Positions 24,047 through 36,388 of a stretch of DNA of 64,000 nucleotides are shown one piece after another. Within the stretch, counting starts at the first letter, position 1. The number at the start of each line of letters is the position of its first letter. The stretch lies in NCBI GenBank assembly GCA_951406725.2, contig OX597826.1:14012001-14076000 (forward strand). Direction: 5' to 3'. The position numbers and the translations under genes are program-made. Origin of the DNA: Octopus vulgaris (Eukaryota). The notes below the pieces were generated by a model, which saw nothing but the letters and a program-made list of their open reading frames with translations, was not told the DNA's origin and ran no database searches.

Positions 24047-24335
24047 GGATCTTTTCGGTTTGAACGGCAGTTTTTAAAAATAATTTCCACGTAACTAAAC
24101 ACTTTTAAACTTCGTATACTGGTAGAATGTGTTTATAAAACATCTTTTTCTCTTGGCTTTATTGAGAAAATTCTATACTTTGTAAGATATTTGTTGTTTG
24201 TTTTCTTCAATTTCTGCAATTTCAACCAAGAGAAAAAGATGTTTTATAAACACATCCTACCAGTATATGAAGTTTAAAAGTGTTTAGTTACGTATAAATT
24301 ATTTTTAAAAACTGCCGGTCAAACCGAAAAGATCC
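24047..24335. mobile_element. GGATCTTTT MITE, rearranged palindromic copy
   Basis: Same TIRs. One arm is duplicated in inverted orientation. Confidence 0.8.
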
Positions 24336-24649
24336 AATTTCCGTAAAAAATACCCATTTTTCAGCAAGTTATGAGGCAACAAAGTCGGGCGTGGAGAGTA
24401 CACTGGTGAAGGAATGTCTGACCCCACATCAATCCACTTGTGTGTACAACTGACCAACAGTCATGAATATAAAACATTGCTCAGAAATGTAATCACTATT
24501 TATCTTAAACATGATGATGCTGCCAATCAGGTTTTATATATGGGGTGTAGGTTAGGGGTTGGGAAGAAGTGACAGATTGTATTACTACTGAGTTTTCTGC
24601 CGAAGGCTCAAAACAAAAGAAATAGTTTTATTATAATTGTGAGGTATTT

Positions 24650-27600
24650 ATCCTATAATTACTGAATTTAGAGATGTTTTTAATGAAGCCTTTGATGATG
24701 AGGAGGAAAAGAAAGTGACATGACATAGAGGACAACTGGAAGTTCTTAAAGGACAATCTCTACTGAGGGCAACAAACCAAATCTGTGGTTGGAGCAAAGC
24801 TTCTGCTAGACCAAGGCTGACATGGTGGTGGAACAGTGAAGTCCACAGAGCTATAAAACAGAAAAGATGGACTTGGAAAGACTGGAAGAGTAGAGGTGGC
24901 AAAGAACCATATCAGATAGCTCAAAGAGCAGCTAAGTGTCATGTTTACCTAGCTGAGAAGAGGTTTGCCTATTTCTTAAAGCATGAAGAGGAGAGACTCG
25001 AGGTGTTCCAGATTACAAGACAATGTGTTAGAGAGAATTGAGATGTGGGAGAGAAGTGTGTATAGACGAATAATGGTGTGCTTGCCGTTAGTAACCCTGA
25101 AAAGGAAGAGCTATGAAAATGAATGGGAGAAAGGGAACCCAACAGAGGGGTCAGCTATTCTAGTTGACAGCGGCATGATAGGTAAGACAAAGAAATGAAG
25201 ATAGGAAAGACCTCTGGCCCATCAGGAATCTCTGTTGAGATGCTTAATATATCTGGTAGATTTGTATATGGTTTAGTTATCTGTATAGGTTATTCAGGAG
25301 AGCATAATCCCCAGCAACTATGCCTTGTAGAAGCATCATAGTCAGCTGCTACAAAAGCAAAGGAAATGCTTTAGAGAGAAGTGATTATAAAGGTATCAAA
25401 TTGCTGTATAATTACCAGGTAATGAAAGTTGCAGAGAGAGAGAGAGAGAGAGAGTTATAACTCAATTAATTAGGAACAGAATTAGACGAGGTGAAATGCA
25501 GTTTGGCTTTGTCCCGGGGAGAAGCACCACAGATGCTATTTTCTTAGTAAAATAACTGCAAGAGAAGTATTTAGCCAAGAGCAAGCCATTTTACTTAGCA
25601 TTTATTGATCTAGAGAAAGCCTTTGACAGAGTACCTTGCTCTGTGATATGGTGGCCTCTGCAGAAGGTAGGGGTAGATGAATGGCTTGTGAAAGCAGTAC
25701 AGGTAATGTATGGGGTGCTGTTTGTAAAGTAAGAGTTAACCATAAGTACAGTGATGAATCTGTGGAGGCACATGACCTAGTGGTTAGTGCAGTGGACCAA
25801 CAGTCAAGGGATCACAGGTTCGAATCTCAGGCAGGGCAATGTGTGTGTTTACGAGCAAAACAACAGACAGGGCGATGTGTGTATTTATGTAGCTCCGGCA
25901 GAAGGTAATAGCAAACTTCTGCTGATACTTTCGCCACAACTTTCTCTCACTCTCTCTCCAGCATCTAGCAGCTCACCTGAAATGGACAGGCGTCTGCCCA
26001 GGTGGGAAACCTATACGTCAATGAAACCAGAAAACCCGGCCCTTATCAACCAAGCATGGCTCAAGAAGGAACAAACAACAACAACAGTGACGAATTTAGT
26101 GTACAGGTATGTGTTCAACAAGGTTCAGTCCTCAAACCCTCCTATTCATTGTCATTCTCTGGGCCATAACAGACAAATTTAAACTGGAAACCCATGGGAA
26201 CTACTACACGATGATGGTCTTGCCCTCATTGCAGAATCTGTAACAAAATTTGAAAAGAAATTTCAGGTGTGAAAACAAAACCTGGAATCAAAGAGTCTTA
26301 AAGTTAACTTAGTAAATATCAAGGTCCTAGTAAGCTAGAAATCAGACAGGACCCTACAATCTTCAGGTAAGTGGCCCTGTTCGATATGTAAGAAGAGTGT
26401 AGGCAGAAATTCTATTTGGTGTACCCAATGCAAGCTATGGACACACAAGAAGTGCAGTGGAATAATAGGAAGGTTAACAGATAAAGTAGTGTTTGTGTGT
26501 GGAAAATGTGCAGGAGCCATAACAACTACAGATACATGGGAAACAGATTTCCTCAAATGTCATTAGCTGGGGAGGGTGCGCTGAAAGTGTAGCTGCTAGA
26601 ATAAGAATAGCCTGGGCAAAGTTCAGAGAGCTCTTACCTCTGCTGGTGACAAAGGGCCTCTCGCTCAGAGTAAAAGGTAGACTGTATGGCGCATGTGTAT
26701 GAACAGCCATGCTACATGGCTGTGAAACATGGCCCGTGACTGCTGAGAACATGTGAAGCTTGCAAGGAATGAAGCCAGTATGCTCTGATGGATGTGTAAT
26801 GTCAGTGTGCATACTCGACAGAGTGTAAGTACCTTGAGAGAAAAGTTGGACCTAAGAAGCATCAGATGTGGTGTGCAAGAGAGACGACTGCTGGTATGGT
26901 CATGTGGCGAGAATGGATGAGGATAGCTGTGTGAAAAAGTGCCACACCCTAGCAGTTGAGGGAACCTGTGGAAGAGGTAGACCCAGGAAGACTTGGGATG
27001 AGGTGGTGAAGCATGACCTTCAAACATTAAGCCTCACCGAGGCAATGACTATTGACCGGGACCTTAGGAAATATGCTGTGCTTGAGTAGACCCGGCAAGC
27101 CAAGTGAGACCATAACCTCATGGCGTATGCCAGGGGTGTAACCAGCCCACTTATGCATATCCTTCCTTCATTGGACACTAAACTCTGCTTGCAAAGACCT
27201 GTTGAGGCAAGTGAAATCGAAATCAAAATCAAATTTGATGACTGGCATCCGTGCTAGTGGAGTGGTAAGAGCACCATCCGAGAATGATCGTTGCCAGAGC
27301 AGCAAACTGGCTTCCGTGCCAGTGACACGTAAAAGGCACCATTCGAGTATGATCATTACCAGCGTCGCCTTTCTGGCACCTTGTGCCGGTGGCACATGAA
27401 AAAAAATTTGAGTGAGGTTGTTGCCAGTACCACTGGAATGGCTCCTGTGCAGGTGGCACGTAAAAAACAGTATTTGAGCATGGCCTGACTGGCCCTCGTG
27501 CCAGTGACACATAAAAGCACCCACTACACTCTCAGAGTGGTTGGCGCTAGGAAGGGCATCCGGCTGTAGAAACTCTGCCAGATCAAGATTGAGCCTGGTG

Positions 27601-27808
27601 CCTGACTGGCCCTCGTGCTGGTGACACATAAAAGCACCCACTACACTCTCAGAGTGGTTGGCGTTAGGAAGGGCATCTAGCTGTAGAAACTCTGCCAGAT
27701 CAAGATTGAGCCTGGTGCAGCCATCTGGTTCGCTAGTCCTCAGTCAAATCGTCCAACCCATGCTAGCATGGAAAACAGAGGTTAAACGATGATGATGATG
27801 ATGATGAT
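24650..27808 (+). mobile_element. RTE-clade LINE (decayed RT region, well-preserved C-terminus and 3' UTR, (GAT)n tail)
   Basis: WWWNSEV, QFGFVPGRSTTDAIF, AFIDLEKAFDRVP, AWAKFRELLPLL, WYGHVARM and GRGRPRKTW. A ~117-bp tandem duplication sits at 27484-27717. Confidence 0.9.
25762..26083 (+). mobile_element. tRNA-derived SINE inserted in RTE LINE
   Basis: Head gtggaggcacatgacctagtggttag..ggttcgaatc and (aac)n tail. Related copy at 60552-60838. Confidence 0.8.
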
Positions 27809-27988
27809 ATATATATACTCTTTTACTTGTTTCAGTCATTTGACTGCAGCCATGCTGGAGCAGTGCCTTTAGTTGAGCAAATCGACCCCAGGACTTATTC
27901 TTTGTAAGCCTATTACTTATTCTATTAGCCTCGGATGTCAAGCGATGTTGGGGATACAAATACAGACACACAAACATACACACACACA

Positions 27989-28039
<51 letters not shown>

Positions 28040-28394
28040 CTGAGTTTCAGATGTCGGAGTGGAAAACCACAACACCATCTCTTCGGTTATCTGGCATCTG
28101 AAACTCAGAGTTTTATCTTGACTATTGAATAATTGTCACATATTATTTTATAGATAAATTTCCTCTATTTACATAATATTGAGGTCTCTTTCTTTCTTTT
28201 ATTATCTTACGGTTTTTACCAATATATATATATATATATTTTTATTTATTTTTTAATTTTATTTTATCTAGTTTCAGCTCACGAGCTGTGGCCATGCTGG
28301 GGCACCGCCATATATTTATATATACATACAAATGTGTGTGTGTGCATACATTACCTAATATAACTTTCCCCTCCATCCACTTGGTTTTTATTTG

Positions 28395-28822
28395 GGCGAT
28401 CTTTCGTCTCTAGTAGACCTTTCCGTCGATTTCCGTAAAAAATTTTTTTTTTCTACATATGGGCTTGCGGGAACTTTTGAAGTAATATACATACATACAC
28501 ACATACACCGAGTAAAAAATTTCAGTTATCTCTCTCTTTCACACATTACTCTGTCTCTTCACACACACTAACAGAAGCACTTCACTTACACAACATACTG
28601 TCTGTCTCCCACACCCCATCAAACATACACACACACACATGTACATCAATGCTTCACATGCACGGTAACTTCAAAAGAACTTCCCTCGTCATACAATCGC
28701 TTTCTCTTAGTCTCTTTCGCTCTCATTACTTCAAAAGTTCCCGCAAGCCCATATGTAAAAAAAAAATAATAAATTTTTTTACGGAAATCGACGGAAAGGT
28801 CTACTGGAGACGAAAGATTGCC
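28395..28822. mobile_element. MITE with ~95-bp TIRs, GG termini, 8-bp TSD (Merlin-like)
   Basis: TSD tttatttg at 28387-28394 and 28823-28830. Confidence 0.8.
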
Positions 28823-28899
28823 TTTATTTGTAATTGCTTTGTTGCGGTTTGAAGGTAATTCGGCTGTTATTTCTAGCTTGCCGAGCGTCCACTATTCAC

Positions 28900-29110
28900 A
28901 CGACCGTCTACGTGATGCATGTGTAAAGTCTTACATATGTTATTATGTGCAATAAAGGGAAAAAAAGTAGCGAGCCTCGTGTCGGTATAGCATGCTCTTG
29001 TGACGTCACCGAACGACTCGGCTCTATTTCCTCACTCCGTGACAGGCCGCCTAAGGTAGCATCACGTATTTTGTTTGATCTAAGCATCCAACAAAACCGA
29101 ACTACACAGA
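28900..29110 (+). promoter_or_regulatory. PGK proximal promoter with CRE (TGACGTCA 29001-29008) and two HRE-type TACGTG sites
   Basis: CpG-rich unique segment directly upstream of the ATG. Motifs were read directly from the sequence. Confidence 0.55.
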
Positions 29111-29172
29111 ATGGCTTTCAACAAACTCGGCATTGACGATATTGATGTCAGTGACCAAAGGGTGCTACTCAG
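29111..29172 (+). CDS. PGK: Phosphoglycerate kinase exon 1
   Basis: MAFNKLGIDDIDVSDQRVLL(R), donor AG|GTAAGC, phase 2. Confidence 0.92.
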
Positions 29173-29307
29173 GTAAGCCTTACAGCAGCTTTTTTTAAAG
29201 GTTGCATCGTTTATATATTTTGCTTGACAATAGCTTCTTTCTGCTTACGACCTTGAACTCCTCTTGACGACCTTGTGTTGTGGTGCGCAACTGTCAAGGT
29301 TGGGCCT

Positions 29308-29400
29308 GTATACATTTACATGTATCTATGTATATATATATACATAGATACATGTATTTATAAATATATACATGTATCTATGTAAATAGATACATGTATC

Positions 29401-29451
<51 letters not shown>

Positions 29452-29672
29452 CTATGTATATACATACATGTATCTATGTATATACATACATGTATCTATG
29501 TATATATATACATGTATCTATGTATATATATACATGTATCTATGTATATACATACATGTATCTATGTATATACATACATGTATCTATGTATATATATATA
29601 TATATACATAGATATCTATGTATATATATACATGTATCTATGTATATATATAGATACATGTATCTATGTATG

Positions 29673-29703
<31 letters not shown>

Positions 29704-30124
29704 CTATGTATATATATATATATATATATATAGATACATGTATCTATGTATATATATACATATATCTATGTATATATATACATGTATCTATGTATATATA
29801 TACATGTATCTATGTATATATATACATGTATCTATGTATATATATATGTATCTATGTATATATATACATGTATATATATATGTACATATATACATGTATA
29901 TATATATACATACATGTATCTATGTATATATATATATATATATATACATAGATACATGTATCTATCTATGTATATATATATATACATACATGTATCTATG
30001 TATATATATACATACATACATGTATGCATATACATACATGTATTTATGTATATACATACATACATACATGTATGCATATACATACATGTATGTGTGTATG
30101 TATATATATATATATATATACTTG

Positions 30125-30175
<51 letters not shown>
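29308..30175. repeat. Compound (TA)n minisatellite, tacatgtatctatgta units
   Basis: Read directly from the sequence. Confidence 0.95.
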
Positions 30176-30176
<1 letters not shown>

Positions 30177-32395
30177 GTGTGTGTGCTTATTATCATTAGT
30201 TTTGTTTTTGAAGGTTATTTGCAGATCGAAGTCAGTTTCTTCGTCTTCTTCGCGTTGCGTTCGCTTTTGAATATGAAACTAAAAAAAAAATCAAATTTCC
30301 TTTTGATTTAAGAACAGAAATAGAAATCGAACCGATCTCAACTTTTTCCCTTTTTCCTTTCGTCCTTCTGCGATTCTTTAAAAACCAAATATTCGTTACG
30401 TATCGCGAATCATATATTTTCATAATGCGTTCTGGATATGCAAATTGAATTATCGTAGAAGACAAACATGTCCGTTATTATAACGACTCTCACTAAACGC
30501 TTCCAGTGCAATATAAAACCATTCCGTTTGGCAACGCTGCGTACATAAATAATCTTTGATTATAAAATGTTTGTAAAATAATCGTTGTAGGGTTAAAATC
30601 CAATTTTCTTTATTAGCCGCAACGGCCCAAACACAGAGGGGGGACAATACAGCCTGATTGGGGTCAGACACACAATGATTATATGACTTTTGAAATTTTA
30701 CAAAATATAAAGAAATCGAATGAGATACTCAGCAAGGGCGAAATACAAGAAGCAGAGAGATGGCTTACGCTCCGGCCCCATGGATGTAGGGTTACATCCA
30801 TCAAAATAAACATTTCAGGGGTGTGTCCTTTCTGGAAGATGGCTGTAAATCTCGATATACTTCATTGCAGACCCTTCTATAAATAAAACGTAGTTCTCAG
30901 TTTTAAGTAATTATTTTGTAATCAGTCTGCATACGTAGTGGTATTTAGTTACTAGTTTTTTTCGTTCTTAGTTCAAATTCTGCATCGATTAACTTTACCT
31001 TTCATCGATGAAATAAATAACTAATCACGTACTGAATCGATCAATATAACTGATTGATTAATCCCATTTCCCAAGTTGCTGGTTTGTACCTGTGTAAAAA
31101 TATTTGGGCCCTCGTAGAGAATATCATTATTAGCTATTTTCCTTAAAATTAAAAAACAACAAAAAAAAAAACAAAACAATCTTTATTTGTATTCTTTTGT
31201 GGACTCCTATTCCCAAATATTTGGCTTGTGAAAAAAGCCCCAACAAAACAAACTTCTATCAGGATATATATATATATATATAAATAGGTGTGTATTTTTG
31301 CCTAGTTAACAATTAAAACGGAAAAAATAAATATATAGTTACCAGGGTAGTGAATGAAAATATAATATTATATTATATATATATATATATAATGATGTAA
31401 AAGCAACAATAATAATATTCTTAACGGGACCCTTTAAAAAATTTTTTTTACATAAACGCAAAGCAGATATTTGAGAATAGGGGTTCGAGCAGAGTGATGG
31501 TAATGAATATTTATTTTTCAATAATAAAAGTATTTATTTTTATTTATTTATGAAAGACATTTAACTCTTCACTTCGCTTTCCCAAATATCTGGTTTGCGT
31601 TTATGTATAAAAAAAAATTAAAATAAGGGTCCCGTTAAGAATATTATTATTGTTGTTGTTATTAACGTTATTTTTTAATTTAAAAAAATCTTTATTTCTA
31701 TTTGTTTATGATTGACGCTATTTTAATTCAATCCGTGTGCAATGCCCACCTTTTTCGTCCGTTTTTCCTGAAGCGTTGTTTCAGAAATGTTCCATTTGAA
31801 GTTTTGTATCGGATTTTACGAGAAACGCTCGAACAACTGGAATTCAAAACCTCAGCAGTGTTTCTTCTACTGTCAATTAGTTTGTGTTTAGGTATGAAGA
31901 TCAAAATATTTAGTAGTGAGAAATTAGCCAAGTTGTGATACTTATAAGGACTTCGGGAACAGCATTAAAAATTGGCTCAGAATTTTCACTAGACGAAATA
32001 AATGTTTGGCCCTTTATTGTTCACATGAAATTGTTTCAGATCAAATCTAAACTACTTTAATTTGTTGGATAATGTGGGTATATTTTGGTTTAAATCGGAC
32101 TCCGATGGAATCCGATTTAAACCAAAATATACCCACATTATCCTATGTTTGTGTATGGTTATGTAGCGTTGTGCTGTTTAGGCCAAGATTAACCCTGATT
32201 GAACAGCCCTTTGTTTAAAGGTGTTTTCAGACACGACAGTCTTGAGTTTTGGTAGGAGTGCAAAGGTTGAACTGTCACCACTTTTAAGACGGTGGGCTGT
32301 TATATGCGGGAGATTTGACTGCTATTTCTAGCAGCTCGGCGGCCTCGTTAACTCACTTATTGGTTCAAATTTCAGCGTCTTTTAATGTAGGTTGG

Positions 32396-32802
32396 GGATC
32401 TTTTCGGTTTGAACGGCAGTTTTTAACATAATTCCTAGGTAACTAAAAAATTTTAAACTTCTTATACTGGTAGAATGTGTTTATAAAACATCATTTTCTC
32501 TTCGCTTTATTGAGAAAATTCTATAGTTTGTAAGATATTTGTTGTTGTTTTTTCTTCAATTTCTGCAATTTCGACCAATCACTGACGTCTATTGAGGTAA
32601 AAAACATTCTGTGCCGTATGAATATGTCCCTCGTTTAAGAAACAGATTGGGTTTATTTACATTTCTGAAGAAAAAAGAGATACTCTTCCCCCTAACCCTA
32701 ACCCAGATTGAAATGCAATAGATCGATACTAGGGTCATAATTATGGGTGAAAATTTCATATGACAGCGCTAGAAAAAACTGCCGTTCAAACCGAAAAGAT
32801 CC
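32396..32802. mobile_element. GGATCTTTT MITE
   Basis: TIRs at both ends, body inverted relative to 5525-5945. Confidence 0.85.
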
Positions 32803-33237
32803 AGTAGAGAAAACTACTGTAAAATTGTTGAGAGAGAAAAGTGCAAGGAAAGAAGGAAGGAAGACTGTATTTCAATGATGGGTCGTGTATTTGAGATAGT
32901 TTATGAGGACAAGTCTGTTGGCCTGATAAAAGGTAAACTAGGTAACCTGGAATGTATGGCTGTTTACTAATTACATTGTCTATATAGCATTGTTATTATA
33001 AGTGAGTCAGTTCATTAGGTGTTAATTGCAATCTTTTCTCTACAGTTTAATTAATAGTAAACAAGTCGTTACATTATCTCCTGTAAAGTGTTTCAGACAA
33101 AGCAATGAATGTTTTGTGATGTTTCTGCGTAAATTTAAGGTGAGTCAGTAATTAGTTTGATTAGGTCCAGGCGATTGTAAACATTAATTGCAGGAATGTT
33201 TGGTTTAGTTTAGCTGTTATTGAAGAACTGGCTTTTG

Positions 33238-34543
33238 CAATCAGGTGTTAGGTTTGCTCTCAAGAATATTTTAGTAGTATCCTCCGTTGCAGAGCTTCCA
33301 AGTGGTGTATCTGAACGGATCATGTCATGCCATTATAAACTGACAAAAGATAGGTTTCTTACTGTTGTCGGTATTTATGCACCAACAATGTCCCATTCTG
33401 ATGAAACTGTAGGACAGTTTTATGATGATCTAGCATAATTATTGAGGAAAGTACCAATTTCTGACAGGCGGGTCATATTGGGAGATTTCAGTGCAAGAGT
33501 TGGAAAATACTGTGTTTCATGGCCTGTTTTAGGTCGACATAGGATTGGAAAATGTAATAAAAATGGAGTAGCTCTTTTGACATTTTCTACTGAGAATAAT
33601 CTAGTTGTCACCAACACTCTATTTAAGCAGAAGAATATAAAACCACCAGGATACACCCAAGATCTAAGCACTGGCATCTCATACATTATATTCTGATCAG
33701 AAAATGTGATATGAAAGAGGGGGCAGAGAGCTGAACTGACCCATCTTGTGTGTGGAAAAATAGCTTTTTCGATAATGTCTAAAAATCGACAGTCTGGTCC
33801 TAAAGTACCCAAAAAGTTAAATGTTGCAAACTTTAAATTATCCAGCAACTTGCAAAGATTCCGCGATGCTATAGAAAGTATCAATCTTGACCCAAACAAT
33901 CTATGGGAAAATTTCAAAACAAAAATATTTAAAGCTGCAAGTTCATCAGTGGGATTTTAATCACATAAGTCCAGTGACTGGTTCTCAGATCAGCAGAAAT
34001 TCGCGATCTACTTTTAGAAAAACGAAATTTAAGCAATACACTTCTTTCTCAAATAAAGATTACAGAAAGCTGAAAATGAAAGTGCAGACTGCTCTAAGGA
34101 AAATTAAACAGGAATGGTGGAATGATAGAACAAAAGGAGCACATGAAGCAGCTGATAGAAATGACGCCAAGGGTTTGTACTCTTATGTTAAGGAGGTATA
34201 TGGCCCAAAATCTTCAATAGCTCCAGTGAGAACAGCAAATGGACATTTGCTTCTGACTGACACTGCTTCTATTCATAAGCGCTGGGTAGAAGATTTTTCT
34301 GCACTTTTGAATAGACCATCATCCGCTGACATGAGGACGATAGAAATGATTGAACACCTTCCAGTTGAAGAAGAGGTGGCATTTGAACCAGCTCTAAATG
34401 ACATTTATTTAGCTGTGAATAAGCTGAATAACAATAAGTTTCCAGGTTCTGATGGACTCTGTGTAGAAGTCTCAAAATATGGGGGTGACAAAATGTTAGA
34501 ACTCTTAAATATATTAATTTGTCACTGTTGGAGAACTGAGAAA
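33238..34543 (+). mobile_element. Decayed RTE/BovB-like LINE: APE endonuclease, linker and RT start
   Basis: GIYAPT..QFYDDL..ILGDFSARVG..NNLVVTNTLF, KRWVEDFSALLN and KFPGSDGL. Confidence 0.85.
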
Positions 34544-35413
34544 GTGACTGCTGAGGACATGCGTAAGCTTGCAAAGAATGAAGCCAGTATGATCCGATGG
34601 ATGTGTAATGTCAGTGTGCATACTCTACAGAGAAGAGTTGGACCTAAGAAGCATCAAATGCGGTGTGCAAGAGAGACGATGGTGCTGGTATCGTCATGTG
34701 GCGAGAATGGATGAGGATAGCTGTGTGAAAGAGTGCCACACCCTAGCAGTTGAGGGAACCTGTGGAAGAGGTAGACCCAGGAAGACTTGGGATGAGGTAG
34801 TGAAGCATTACCTTCGAACATTAGGCCTCACCAAGGCAATGACTAGTTACCAAGACTTTAGGAAATATGCTGTGCTTGAAGACCCGGTAAGCCAAATGAG
34901 ACCATAACTTCGTGGCCTATGCCAGGGGTGTAACCAGCCCACTTATGCATATCTTACCTTCACTGGACACTAAACTCTGCTTGTGAAGACCTGTTGAGGC
35001 AAGTGAAATCGAAATCAAATTTGATGACAGGAACCTGTGCTAGTGGGGTGCTAAGTGCACCATCCGTGCGTAATCATTGACAGAGAGGCTAACTGGCTTC
35101 CGTGCCGGTGGCACGTAGAAGGCACCATTCGAGCATGATCATTACAAGCGTCGCCTTACTGGCACTTGTGCTGATGGCACGTGAAAAACATTGAGCGAGG
35201 TCATTGCCAGTACTGCCTGACTGGCCCCTGTACCAGTGGCATATAAAAGCACCCACTACACTCTCGGAGTGTGATGTTAGGAAGGGCATCCAGCTGTAGA
35301 AACTCTGCCTGATCAGATTGGAGCCTGGTACAGCCATCTGGTTTGCCAGTCCTCAGTCAAATCATCCAACTCATGCTAGCATGGAAAACAGATGTTAAAG
35401 AATTGATGATGAT
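34544..35413 (+). mobile_element. 5'-truncated copy of the 24650-27808 RTE family
   Basis: Near-identical to 26736-27800, with a (GAT)n tail. Confidence 0.9.
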
Positions 35414-35942
35414 ATATAGGTTATGTATAAGTATATATATATATATAGGTATATATAAGTATATATATATATATAAATAGTTATATATAAGTATATATAT
35501 ATATATATAATTAGGTTATATATAAGTGTATATATATATATATAGGTTATATATAAGTATATATATATATATATATATAGGTTATATATAAGTATATATA
35601 TATATATATATATTATATATAAGTATATATATATATATATAGGTTATATATAAGTATATATATATATATATAGGTTATATATAAGTATATATATATATAT
35701 GGGTTATATATAAGTATATATATATATAGGTTATATATAAGTATATATATAAATAGGTTATATATAAGTATATATATATATAGGTTATATATAAGTATAT
35801 ATATACATACATATATAGGTTATATATACATATAGGTTATATGTAAGTATATATATATATAGGTTATATATAAGTATATATATATATAGGTTATATATAT
35901 ACACACATAACCTTATAAATTATATACTTATATAGATTATAT
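35414..35942. repeat. Compound minisatellite ggttatatataagt(at)n
   Basis: Read directly from the sequence. Confidence 0.95.
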
Positions 35943-36388
35943 CTAGTCCTGTTAGTTGTGGTAGTTGTAACACTGCTAACAGAGATAGTAATAGTAACTA
36001 GTGGTTGTGGCATTGGTAGTCAGTTGAGGTAATATTAGAGAAAGCAGCATGGTGGCGAGCTGGCAGAACCATTAGTGTGCTGGGCCAAATGCTTAGCAAC
36101 ACTTCATCCAGCTCTTCATTCTAAGTTCGAATTTCTGGCCTTCAGCCAAAATTTGAAATCAATATTGATAGCCGTAGTAGCTGTAGTGTTGCTGGTTAGT
36201 ATTGAGTGGTCGTCATGAGGCTGTCATTTTGTCAAAGTTAGCTCTGATGTAGCAAACTTAGACCCCCCCCCCAAATGTATTCCAGCGTTAACCATCTTAT
36301 TTTTTTCTCATGCCTGGTGTACCTTGGATTACATTATGCTCTTTGACCTCCCTTTCATTTGCTAAAGACATTAGAAGGATCTTTTCTG

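Noticed and set aside
29394-30311. Long Y/I/M/C/H-rich ORFs (also at 40304-40897, 43893-44862, 50486-50825, 52572-52921)
   Set aside because: Stop-free translations of (TA)/(CA)/(TG) microsatellites, not genes.
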